A stretch of 64,000 nucleotides of DNA, taken from Raillietiella orientalis (lineage: Eukaryota). The stretch covers positions 806,001 to 870,000 of the forward strand of contig JAYWIR010000049.1 of the NCBI GenBank assembly GCA_036172245.1. Direction: 5' to 3'. Below are positions 14,470 to 24,818 of the stretch, piece by piece (within the stretch, counting starts at the first letter, position 1; every line of letters begins with the position of its first letter). A program made the position numbers and the translations under genes. The notes under the pieces are model-generated. The model had not been told where the DNA came from, ran no database searches, and was given only the letters and a program-made list of their open reading frames with translations.

Positions 14470-16351
14470 TAATGAAACGAAACTATTATTTGGGAAGATT
14501 CCAATTGAACCATTTGAAAATGCTATTTTCAGGCCCTTTACTAAGACAACGGAGCTTGTTATTCATGTATTGGATAGCACTGTAGGATAGCAATATGAAA
14601 CATCAATCTTAAGCACTGACTTGTTTTAAAGCTAAATTCACATACATGCTAGTTATTAGTGTGCTTTAGTGTAAAATAATTATATACATGTTGTATCAGT
14701 GTAATGATGATAAATTGTGTATGTTACTTTCATCCTTGGGTATAAAGATGTGGTGTAAGAAGCAATTAATGGCATTTTCTTACCCAAAATCGTAGGTACA
14801 AGTGACATGCAATTCACATTATAGATACAATGAAAAACGTATGGCAGAGATTTCTTTCTTTTTCTTTTGTAAATTATAAGCATAGTTTTCTTAAAGTTGC
14901 AAGAGTTACTGGATATGAATATGAATAAATTTGAGTACATATCTAAAATTTAAAGTATGTTAAATACAAAAAAACATGTCAACATAACAAAGCTGATATT
15001 GTATGTGTAGCCCCGAATCCGTGGCTATAGTTAGGTAAATTTGTATCTAGATATTCTTGTAAATTGTCAACACTTTATAAAAAAATGTGACTTTTTTGTA
15101 AGTCAGAATGAATTTTCTCAGTGATAATGTTTACAGTCTGAAGAAAATTAAAAACATGGAAAACATAAAGTGATTTTTATAGTATGACTGATAGTTTTAT
15201 GTCAGACCATCAGTATTTAATAATTTTAATGTTCATTTGAAAAAGGAACATGGACTTTCAGGATTTGAAAGATTTGCTGTAAGCCGCCTTTTTAACTTGC
15301 TGCAATCTAATTAGATTAATGTTTCTATTAATATAATCTGATTTGTACAGCTGTGTGATTTTTTTTTTGCTTCTCATTTTTGCTTGGAAGTGATCCATTG
15401 TCAAATGTTCCTTAATTCTCATAGTGTTTTATCATGAAAGTGAGTTTTATTAAAAAAAAAAAAAAAAAAAAGTCTTAACAGATTTAATACATTCACAATT
15501 TTAAGATATCGTGTTTTTTTTGGTCTGCAGAATTCTCAATGCAAATACTTGGCCTAAAAATTCTCAGTGTTTTTCCATTCATAAAGACTAAGTTTTGCGA
15601 TATGTAAGTTATTTATTGGTAGACAAAATGTAATGATGCAATTTTGTATGAATTTTTGAACAAAAGTTTGCATAACCAGTGATGCTTGAATGTGGTGCAT
15701 GGAAAATTAGTTTATAATATGGAACTTAAAATGCAATTCGTAAAAAATTTTGCTGTTTTATTACAATTATAGATTGATGGAAATTCAGTAGAATTTTTTT
15801 TCAAATTGAATGCATATCATGTGCCTGTTTCCTATGTTGAATGACATTAAATTGATCAAATTAATACTTTGATAAGTTTCTTTCATCAAGTGATATAATA
15901 GAACAAACCAACAAAATATGCTTTTAGATCAAAGAGTTGGTTTCATCATAAAGTTTTGCATGCTTTCTGATTCTTAATAATAATACATGTGTATTCCTGT
16001 GGAAATTGATGATTAAAAAAAAGAACGCCTTCAAGTTTATTGTAACAGTGACAAAAAAATTGGTAGGATGTTTCATTTGGTATTTGAACCTTTCATCTGT
16101 CGTTGATCAATTTAATTTAATACGTGCTTATGTTGATTAGATTTCATACACTCATAGCACTGAATTGTTATATTGTATTAGAAATTATGAAATGAAAAAA
16201 ATCATTAATCTGAAAATGTGAAATTTGTTTTGCTTTTTAGATGCATTATTAAGACAGAGAAAGCTACAATTGCAAGCTAATTTGTGATAATTCATATGTG
16301 TAAATATTTATAATGTATTAGTTGTGAATCCTATGGAAGAAAGAACAAACT

Positions 16352-19300
16352 ATGTCAGTTCATTATAAATTCAAAGCAGCAGTTGGATTTGATACAGTGC
16401 AATTTGATGGACTTCACATCTCTGTGGCAGACTTAAAGAGGTCTATTATATTACAGAAAAAACTTGGAAAAGCTACAGACTTTGATCTTCAAATAACAAA
16501 TGCACAAACAAAAGAAGAGTATACTGATGAAACAAGCCTTATACCAAAAAATACCTCAGTTCTTGTAGCCAGAGTTCCTCTGAGCAACACTCAGCTGAAA
16601 AAAGTCTGGGAGCCTACGGATGTGAATGTAACTTGCAAATTGAATGCCATTAACGATGAGCAATCACAGGATATATCAAGAATTACTCAGTCAGTTGATT
16701 TAACAACTTTAGATGTCTCAGAGGAAGAAAAAATCAAAGCAATGATGACTCAGTCTACGCAAGACTATGATCCATCAAAGTATCTTAAAATAAGAGGAAG
16801 CAATCAATATGGACCTGTCCCAAACAACTATAGATGTTATAAGTGCCATCAACCAGGACATTGGATAAAAAATTGCCCCCTTAATCAAGTGGATTTCAAA
16901 ATGGAAATTAAAAAAAGTACTGGTATACCTCGGAGTTTTATGGTTCCTGTTGAAGATCCCAGAGCACCAGGAGCTTTAATGACATCAACGGGACACTTTG
17001 CAGTTCCAAAAATCGATCATGAAGCATATAAAGAGGGTAAAAAGGAGAAGCCTCCTTTTATTGATGAACCGGCTCCTGTTCAAGAAAAGCAAGATATTCC
17101 TCAGGAGTTACTTTGCAATATTTGTAAAGACTTGCTTAGTGATGCTGTGTTAATTCCCTGTTGTGGTAATTCATATTGTGATGAATGCATTAGATTGGCT
17201 TTGTTAGATTCTGAAGAGCATGAATGCCCTGATTGCCACGAAAAAGATGTGTCTCCTGATACTTTAATTCCAAACCGTTTTTTGAGAACTGCCGTTCACA
17301 ATTTTGGAAATGAAACTGGTTATGTCAAAGTCAAAAGAGGCACTACTGATCAAAAAGATGGTAGAAAAGAAAAATCAATAGATGCACAAAATGCCATGAC
17401 CTCAGTATATGATAGAATTTCTCCCCATGCTGCAGATGAAAGAAAACGAATGGAATATGGAAAAAACTTCAATATTTATGGTGACGGTGAAGGAAGGGCA
17501 GGAACTCCTACAGTTGATGAAGAGCCCCTTGAAAAGTATTCTTGTCACATGGAATCGCCGAATTCACGTAGCCAGCGTACTTTCTCCCACCATTATTCTC
17601 ATCGACCTGAGTCCGATAGACGACGTCACAAAAAGATTTCAAGAGACATTTCCAAAGGAACTTTGCCTCCAGTACCAAGTTACGATCATCACGTAATTCG
17701 TTCAAATATTTTGCCCTTGATAAGTGAACCTGCCCCTCCTGGAGTAGATATTGCTCCTATTCCTGATGTCCACAGACCTCCACCTCCTCTGATAATGCCG
17801 CCTTTAAATCCAGGCAATAGATGCAGTGCAAACAGAAGCAGCAGACAAAAATTTAAAAGCTATGGGGTATCACGTTATGATATACCTGGAACCATAGATG
17901 ATCCCCTCGAAGCTTTCGAAAGAATCATGAGGGAAAGAGACGAAAGAGATCGCAAGATAAGAAAAACACATAGATCCAGATCACGCAGTGGGAGCTATAA
18001 AAATTCAGAGTCATCAGGATCGTGGAAGCATTCTCCAGGTAGATCTCGTTCTCGGTCACCGAAGAGTAAAAGACGGCGCATGTCGAGATCTTGGAGCAGA
18101 AGTCATTCTTTTTCTCCAAGAAGGGAGTATCCACCTTCGCCCCGGCATTATTTCGGTGAAACATCAAATTCTCCCGATAAGGGATATTTAAGTAATTATC
18201 CTAAATCGATACGAATGTACGACAATCGGCGGAGTTTCTATACGGAAGAATTGTATAGAGAACAGTACAGATGCATGGATATGCGATCTTACGATTTCAG
18301 AAACGAATTTTCTGAATACAAAAACTATCGTAATCCTGCAGATGAAGCCTATTTGGATAATGGCTTTTCTTCTGCCGAAAGAAGACATGACTTTCTCAGA
18401 AATCATGACACGTCTGGATTTTCTTCTGCTTACAATGCGGATTATTATCGTGAATATGATTTGTACTATGCACGAGATTATCAAGATTACCGTTTCTCAC
18501 GTCATAAAGACTATGCTCAGTATACGGTGTCTTATCCCCTTGACCAGGTTTCAAATAATTCCGAGAAGAATAAACGTGATCTTTACAAGCGAGACGAAAA
18601 ACGACGTTCTTCAGATCGACGATCCCGTGAGTGCAGTAAAGTCGCTGAAAAACGATCCTCTTCGAAAAGTAAACAAGCCTCGAAGAGTAAACGAGATAAG
18701 AAGGTATCTCAAGGAAAAGCGGAACTCCCGAGTAAAACAACTTTAAAACACAAAGCCAATTTTGTGGACAAATCTCATGATACGGATATTTCTTCGGCGC
18801 ATTTTTCAAAAATGGAATCTGTCGACAAAAAGGCAAAAACCAAAGATAAGAAAAGACGGAAAAAACAGAAGCCGGGAGACGCCAGTTCTGAAAGTGATAA
18901 GAACAAAAAAAGACGCAAAAAAGATAAACCAGATAAACATTCGAGTAAAACGGCGATCATCAAAGAGAAATCACCAGGAAACAATGTTTCTAATGATGCA
19001 GTCAAAAGCGACAAAAATCAGAAAGTTGAGACACTCAAGGAAGAGAGTAAAGTTGAAGCCAAAGATAATAATGTCGAGAAAGGAGAGCGTGAAAGCGACG
19101 ACGTTTTCTCTTGTGGTTCTTTTGTTCCCAAACAACTTGTTTTGAATAAAACAAATCCAATTACTATTATTTTAAAAGATAAAAATTTGATAGGCGCTAC
19201 CATCGAAAATGAAGAGATCGCAGATGAGAACGTGCATCACAGCTCCTTGGAAAATTTTGCTGAAACGCCCTCTGTCTTAAACAGCAGTAGTGCACACGAT

Positions 19301-21154
19301 TCCGCTCCAGATGCAGCGCAGTCAAGTGTTCCTCAAGAGAGTCCCACGAATGAAGTGCGAAGCAAAAACTCGGTCAACACTCCTGAACCGTCAAAGTGGG
19401 AGAAGGACGATAGCGCCCTTCCTGCGGAAGATGACCAGGAGCATCCGAGCAAAGTGAATGCCAGGAGTAACGAACAAGTCTCGTCCGAAGTCCTGAGACG
19501 AGCTGAGAAGGCTGTATTTGAGAAGTCCGCCGCCGCGGCGACGAAGACGCACGAGTACCGGCGGACCGACAAGAAGCCGGACCACGGCGAAGAGCGAAGT
19601 TCGGAGCATCGCAAGCAGAGTGATGCAGGAAAGTCCGATTCGGAAAGGAGAAAGATCGATCGATCCAAGTTTTCGTACAAGGAGACCAGGGACAAGTCGA
19701 ATTCCTTGGACGAGAAATCCTTGCAGAAGACGGCCAGTAACGAAAAGCCATACAAAAAAGATTCGAAAGTGGTGTCTCTGAAGAAGAACCGATCCCCCGA
19801 CAGGAGCGACTTCAAGTCGGCGGAAAGGTCCGGCAAGTCGAAGCCCTCGGAGAACACGGCTTCGAAGAGTCCCCCGAAAAGTCGGAAGACGAAGCCCGAC
19901 AAGTCTGTCAGGACGAAGGTTTCGGATAAAAAGAGCAGGGTGCACCCGAAGGATTCAAAGGCGGAGCCCGACGAGAGATCCAAGCAGTCCTCGAACAGCG
20001 AGTCGCGGGCCGCGGCAGCGTCGTCTCCGACGAAGTGCAGGCGATCGAAATCCCCGCCCGCCGAGAAGCACAAGTCGCAGGTCAACGCGGACGACCGCAA
20101 CAAACCGAAACGCGGAGAGTCCGCCACGAGAGCGGGATCGTTGGAGAAGAGCAGTTCTCTCCGGACCTCCGGCAAGTCCTCCTCGCACGCGAAACCCGCG
20201 AAGGGGAAAGCTTCCGGCGCTTCGGAGTGCGAAAGGTCAAAGTCCACGGAGAAGAACAGCTCCCGTGAGCGGAGGAGAAGTCCGACGCCGGAGGGCTCGA
20301 GCGCCGCGACCAAGGCGAACGAGAAAAGGGAAGCGAAAGGAACGGAGAAGGGGCCGCCGAGGTCTCCGGAACCGCATTTCAAGAAGTCGCAGTCTCCCGG
20401 CAAAAAGGGAGTTTCCAATCCCGCGGAAAAGTCCAAGGTGTCAAAGTCGAACGACAAAAGGTTCAAGTCGGACAAAAAGCAGTTCGACTATTACAAATCC
20501 AGGAAGTCGAAAACGCCCGAGCGGGCACCCAGGAAGGAGGACAAGCACGTCGATGCCGGCAAAACGAGCCGGGACGGGTACGCGGCGGACAAGAACCATT
20601 CCCGCGACCGCCCCAAGGACTCCAGAAGCAGCAGCAGCAGCAGCAAGCCCAAGGGGGCGACGAAGGAGAACGCGCCGGACCCCAAAAGCCCCGTCAAGAA
20701 CGAAAAGTACGACAGCACCACGGACAAGAGGAAGAACGTCATCGACGAATCCAACTTCGAGCCGGATTACGACGGCTTCGACTCCGGGCTGGAGACGGAG
20801 AACCGGCCGGTGAAGCCGTCGTCCCAGAGCAAGACGGTCAGCGCCGTCGTCGTGGCCGCCGCCGCCGCCGCCGCCGTCGAAGCAGCGTCCAGCAGCAGCG
20901 ACAAGCCAAAGTCCCGGAAGCTGGAAAGCAGGCGCTCCCGCTCGTTGCCCAGGGAAACGTTCAACAACGGGACGGAGTCGTCGTGCAGCTCGGACTCGGA
21001 AAGGAAGTCCAGAATGCACAAGCGCCACGCGAGCACAAGTGATAGCGACAGCTCTTACGGCCGTTCCAAGTCGGATTACAGACGGAAAGCCAAAAAAAAG
21101 AAAGACGAGAGGAAAAAAGTGAAACGAAAGAAGCGGGAAAAGAAAAAGAAGTGA
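16352..21154 (+). CDS. RBBP6: E3 ubiquitin ligase / cleavage-polyadenylation factor RBBP6 (SNAMA/Mpe1 family), 1600 aa, single coding exon
   Basis: N-terminal DWNN ubiquitin-like domain (MSVHYKFK...DFDLQITNAQTKEEY...IPKNTSVLVARVP), CCHC zinc knuckle CYKCHQPGHWIKNC, KKSTGIPRSFM motif, RING-like CNIC...CCGNSYCDEC...CPDC followed by LIPNRFLR, Pro-rich and RS segments, and a Lys-rich tail. Splice acceptor (ttttgctttttag) at 16239-16240 in the 5'UTR. Confidence 0.97.
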   Translation: MSVHYKFKAAVGFDTVQFDGLHISVADLKRSIILQKKLGKATDFDLQITNAQTKEEYTDETSLIPKNTSVLVARVPLSNTQLKKVWEPTDVNVTCKLNAINDEQSQDISRITQSVDLTTLDVSEEEKIKAMMTQSTQDYDPSKYLKIRGSNQYGPVPNNYRCYKCHQPGHWIKNCPLNQVDFKMEIKKSTGIPRSFMVPVEDPRAPGALMTSTGHFAVPKIDHEAYKEGKKEKPPFIDEPAPVQEKQDIPQELLCNICKDLLSDAVLIPCCGNSYCDECIRLALLDSEEHECPDCHEKDVSPDTLIPNRFLRTAVHNFGNETGYVKVKRGTTDQKDGRKEKSIDAQNAMTSVYDRISPHAADERKRMEYGKNFNIYGDGEGRAGTPTVDEEPLEKYSCHMESPNSRSQRTFSHHYSHRPESDRRRHKKISRDISKGTLPPVPSYDHHVIRSNILPLISEPAPPGVDIAPIPDVHRPPPPLIMPPLNPGNRCSANRSSRQKFKSYGVSRYDIPGTIDDPLEAFERIMRERDERDRKIRKTHRSRSRSGSYKNSESSGSWKHSPGRSRSRSPKSKRRRMSRSWSRSHSFSPRREYPPSPRHYFGETSNSPDKGYLSNYPKSIRMYDNRRSFYTEELYREQYRCMDMRSYDFRNEFSEYKNYRNPADEAYLDNGFSSAERRHDFLRNHDTSGFSSAYNADYYREYDLYYARDYQDYRFSRHKDYAQYTVSYPLDQVSNNSEKNKRDLYKRDEKRRSSDRRSRECSKVAEKRSSSKSKQASKSKRDKKVSQGKAELPSKTTLKHKANFVDKSHDTDISSAHFSKMESVDKKAKTKDKKRRKKQKPGDASSESDKNKKRRKKDKPDKHSSKTAIIKEKSPGNNVSNDAVKSDKNQKVETLKEESKVEAKDNNVEKGERESDDVFSCGSFVPKQLVLNKTNPITIILKDKNLIGATIENEEIADENVHHSSLENFAETPSVLNSSSAHDSAPDAAQSSVPQESPTNEVRSKNSVNTPEPSKWEKDDSALPAEDDQEHPSKVNARSNEQVSSEVLRRAEKAVFEKSAAAATKTHEYRRTDKKPDHGEERSSEHRKQSDAGKSDSERRKIDRSKFSYKETRDKSNSLDEKSLQKTASNEKPYKKDSKVVSLKKNRSPDRSDFKSAERSGKSKPSENTASKSPPKSRKTKPDKSVRTKVSDKKSRVHPKDSKAEPDERSKQSSNSESRAAAASSPTKCRRSKSPPAEKHKSQVNADDRNKPKRGESATRAGSLEKSSSLRTSGKSSSHAKPAKGKASGASECERSKSTEKNSSRERRRSPTPEGSSAATKANEKREAKGTEKGPPRSPEPHFKKSQSPGKKGVSNPAEKSKVSKSNDKRFKSDKKQFDYYKSRKSKTPERAPRKEDKHVDAGKTSRDGYAADKNHSRDRPKDSRSSSSSSKPKGATKENAPDPKSPVKNEKYDSTTDKRKNVIDESNFEPDYDGFDSGLETENRPVKPSSQSKTVSAVVVAAAAAAAVEAASSSSDKPKSRKLESRRSRSLPRETFNNGTESSCSSDSERKSRMHKRHASTSDSDSSYGRSKSDYRRKAKKKKDERKKVKRKKREKKKK

Positions 21155-21162
21155 AAATTATG

Positions 21163-21274
21163 AATAAACTGAAATTAAAGTAATTAAGATATGTATATTT
21201 TATATTATTCATGATTTATTTATGTAAACTTAAAGCGCACTTGTTTATATTACATAAACAATCTAGCGAAATAA
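21163..21274 (+). promoter_or_regulatory. Candidate polyadenylation signals of RBBP6
   Basis: AATAAA at about 21163 and about 21270, downstream of the stop at 21154; the second is followed by a GT/T-rich stretch. Confidence 0.5.
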
Positions 21275-21342
21275 AAATACTTTATAGACTGTGTTTAGGA
21301 ATTTGTGGTCATTATTATTATTATTATTAATCTGTTTTTTCT

Positions 21343-21415
21343 CCCTCCCCCCCACCCCCCACCCCACCCCCCCTTTCTGGAGTGGCTTTGCTTTTTCTTC
21401 CCCCCCCCCCCCCCC
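21343..21415. repeat. C-rich tracts (G-quadruplex-capable on the minus strand) plus a C16 run
   Basis: ccctcccccccaccccccaccccacccccccc-type runs at 21343-21373 and poly-C at 21400-21415. Confidence 0.8.
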
Positions 21416-23660
21416 AAATATGCTCATTTGTGTAAAGCAGATTGCTCAGACGTAGCAGACAAAAATGTGCTATTGCACAAATTGCTCTGAACTTTTCATG
21501 GAATGGCATATCTATTTTTCAAGAGAGATTATTTTGCGTTACACATTCTGCATGATTTTTGTATTGCTCCTGTTATTGACATGTGAAATTTGCAAACTGA
21601 GGACTTGAAAAAACCAGTCAAATTTGTTTGTTTGTTTTATTATTATTATTATTAACAACAACAACAACAACACCGGCAGCCAAACATCTCCCAAGTGCCA
21701 ATTACAAATTCAAATTACAATTGCAATGGATGCAATCGAGTGAAGCACTCTTCAGCAGTGATGGGGCACGAGACCTATTATCTGTTCATGAAAAAAGTCT
21801 TACAGGCAGCATCATCACATCGTCAATTACAGGCGTGCGTGTCGGACATACGAATTCCTCAACAACTCGATCGGGGACGACCGCTGCGGGTAATTCACTA
21901 ACTTTCACCAGGCAACGGTTTGATCGATCACATTGCGAGTACATAACAGCGCCACTCTCTCGTCCCGCTCTGTTCGTTCGTTTCCGGCACGCCCGTTTCA
22001 CGCAAAGGTCGGCGCGCCTGTCCCATCAGTGACCCAGGCTGGCGGACGATCTGGCGCCGCGTTTCGAGGTGACCCGAAGGCGCCGGCACGCTTGCAAGAA
22101 ACCCTTCGGTGCCCGCAGTGGGTCACGCGAAGCTGCTTCTGCTGCATCCTCCCGCATCTTGTCCGGAACACTCGCACTGCTGCTGCCCCTTTGCGGCTTC
22201 TGCTGCTCTCGTCAGGAGCCTCCTTCCTCGCGAGGGTCCTTTCTCTACAGTAACCCGCAAGTACACTCCTACTTTTCGTACCGCAACGGCGGCTGCCACG
22301 CTCCGAGTCCCGACACTCGGACTGCGTGGTATAGAAAAGACCGACCACCACAGCCGAGAACGGATCCACACCGCGCCAGGAGTGCGGCGGCAACCTACAC
22401 GTTGGCGCATCCGTGCTTTCCCAGCTGACGCCATTGCAGAGTTGCATTCCGAGTGCCGGCTCTCTCCTCCGTTTCGATTCCACCACACACACCCGTGGAG
22501 GGCAAATATCATCAGGTCAAGTCCTGACGCCTCGCCAAAACGTTGCTTTCAGGTTTCGTGGATTCGGTAAATTTTCACACGCTCATTTTTTTTTTTTATT
22601 TTACAGTCTTTTCCATCTCAAGAGCTTTGTGCTTTGCAGGTGGCACAAAGCAGTAATTTTTCCGTGTCTGACACTCTAAGCAAAAAGCAGCTGCTCCAAC
22701 GGATTCTTCCAAACACGACTTGTGAACGCTTTTTGCCGATTCGCAAGAAGCCGCCACAGGACATCCGGGATGTAATCATCGCGTGGACAAACGTTTGTGG
22801 GAAGTTGAAATCTACGCTGGAAAGGGCAAATCTGATGATGTCCCGGCCGCACCTCACACGAATTAGGGCAAATACTTGGGTGGCTTTCCTAGTCGATCCG
22901 ATCCCCCATTTGCAGAAGAGGAGACTTTTTTTTTTTTTTTTTAAATAAAAAAAAAAAAAAAAAAAAACAACAACAACAACAACAACAAGATCGAGCAGCA
23001 CAAGCAGCTTTACGAGAGTTTTCAAAGCATCCATTTCTTCGGTTCACATCTGAGCGATTCCTTCTTGTGAAAAGTTTCCGTTCGTTCAAACATGATTTCA
23101 GAGTAGCTATGCAAATTATGGAGTAAATGAATAATTTGCTCCTTCACACGCTCGAAATTTTCAAGGGCACACACACACTTCCTCTGCCAGTGCAGCAACT
23201 GTGCCGTTTGATTCCCTACGTGACCCACACACACAACACGTGTCGACCTGCCCATACGAAAATGCGAGGCGAAGAGGATTCCATGCCAACCGGAATTCTG
23301 AAACGGACCGGACACTTGACCCCACATTCCCTCGGACTTTTCATCCACCTCGCTGAAAGAGTTGAAAATTCTGGGGACACGCATGGGACCCACACTCTTC
23401 CTTGGAATATCGAATTACGAAAATACACATAGAGAACGACTCGCACTGAGCTGCAATCGTATGAATGAGAGGAAACGAAACCTCACGAACCCTATTCCTT
23501 ATAGGGATCGTTCTTGACTGGATTTTAGCATTTTTCAAAAAAAAAGTTTGCAAACAAAAGTACTGCCTGCCTTACAAACTGGAAAATCGACTCTTGTTTG
23601 AAAATCTTTTCTTATCCTGTGCACGAACGTACGCCCACGTACGTGTACGAAATAGGCAGC

Positions 23661-23691
<31 letters not shown>

Positions 23692-23708
23692 GCGCGCGCA
23701 TGCACACG
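23661..23708. repeat. (CA)n-(CG)n compound microsatellite
   Basis: 48 nt of strictly alternating pyrimidine/purine. Confidence 0.9.
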
Positions 23709-24788
23709 GAAGTGAACAGACTTTGGTTTTGGAAGGCCAGAAAATTCCTTCCGTTGTATTAGAATTGCACGTGGGCAATTGAAAAAAACTTGGAAGGAAA
23801 CTCAACAGTTTGACTTCACTCAGACGTTCCGACTCCATTCTTTTGCATGCACGCCAACGCACTCGACTACCGCGTGGAGCGGAATTCGGTGAGCATTCAG
23901 CATTCCAGAATAACGAAAGGGACATACATGGGGTAAAAGTAAGAATACAAAGGATACGAAAATCTCCATCCATAATCCCTGCTGCTGGCTTCCCCCCCCC
24001 CCCCAGATGCTGTTTTTGTTTTTACTTCAGGATGCTCCGCAATTCACACTTCAAAAATATGACTGAAACAGTGGCACAGAATTTTATGAATTTAAAGAGA
24101 CCAACGCTGTGTCCAGAGAAGACACTCCTTCAACTCTTGAATTCTGTCAGTTTCAACGAGTGTGTACCTAATGAATTACACGAGTATGCCGGAGATTACT
24201 CAACCACCAACTTGCCCTCACGTGCTGGTCAGGTGACACACCCTGCACAGGGCACGGCAATAAGCACGAAAGACTCTGAAAGTGTACTTTCGTGTGCATC
24301 TTCATCAGCGATAGCAAGGTCGCGTGCAACTTTATCGTGTTATGTACAATGTTTGAAATCTAAACAGATTATTATAATATATATATATATACACTTTTTT
24401 CTGTAGCTTTTAGGCGCTCCGAAAAGACAGATGAAGATAACACACGATCCTTCAATCCTTTCAAGCTTTTAATGAAAATGCTTTCCCACGAACAAGTCTT
24501 CGAACTGCTGACCCCGTTTCCCCTCACGGGAGGTCACATTCGATGCTAAGAATCCCCATAGGTTACCTAAATCGTGTGCGACTTCGAACGTCATACAACG
24601 AAAGAAAGCATTTTGTGAATGCTTTCCGTTTAAAGATAAAAGCAGCTTGGAGAAAGGGTTCCCACACACTCCGACATGCGTTCTCTCTCTCTCTCTGTGT
24701 GTGTGTGATGCATTTGGTGCCAATTTGACGACTGGGAATTTCGCTCGTAACGTGAACACTTTTTTCACGATCCTTTTAAGAACAGTGT

Positions 24789-24818
24789 TGCGCGCGCGCG
24801 CGCGTACACACACACACG
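24789..24818. repeat. (CG)n-(CA)n compound microsatellite
   Basis: 30 nt of alternating pyrimidine/purine, including (CG)7. Confidence 0.9.

Noticed and set aside
19333..21036. Long antisense and alternative-frame ORFs (380 aa, 195 aa, 184 aa) over the RBBP6 3' half
   Set aside because: Shadow ORFs expected from GC-rich, low-complexity K/S/R codons; they appear only where GC rises.
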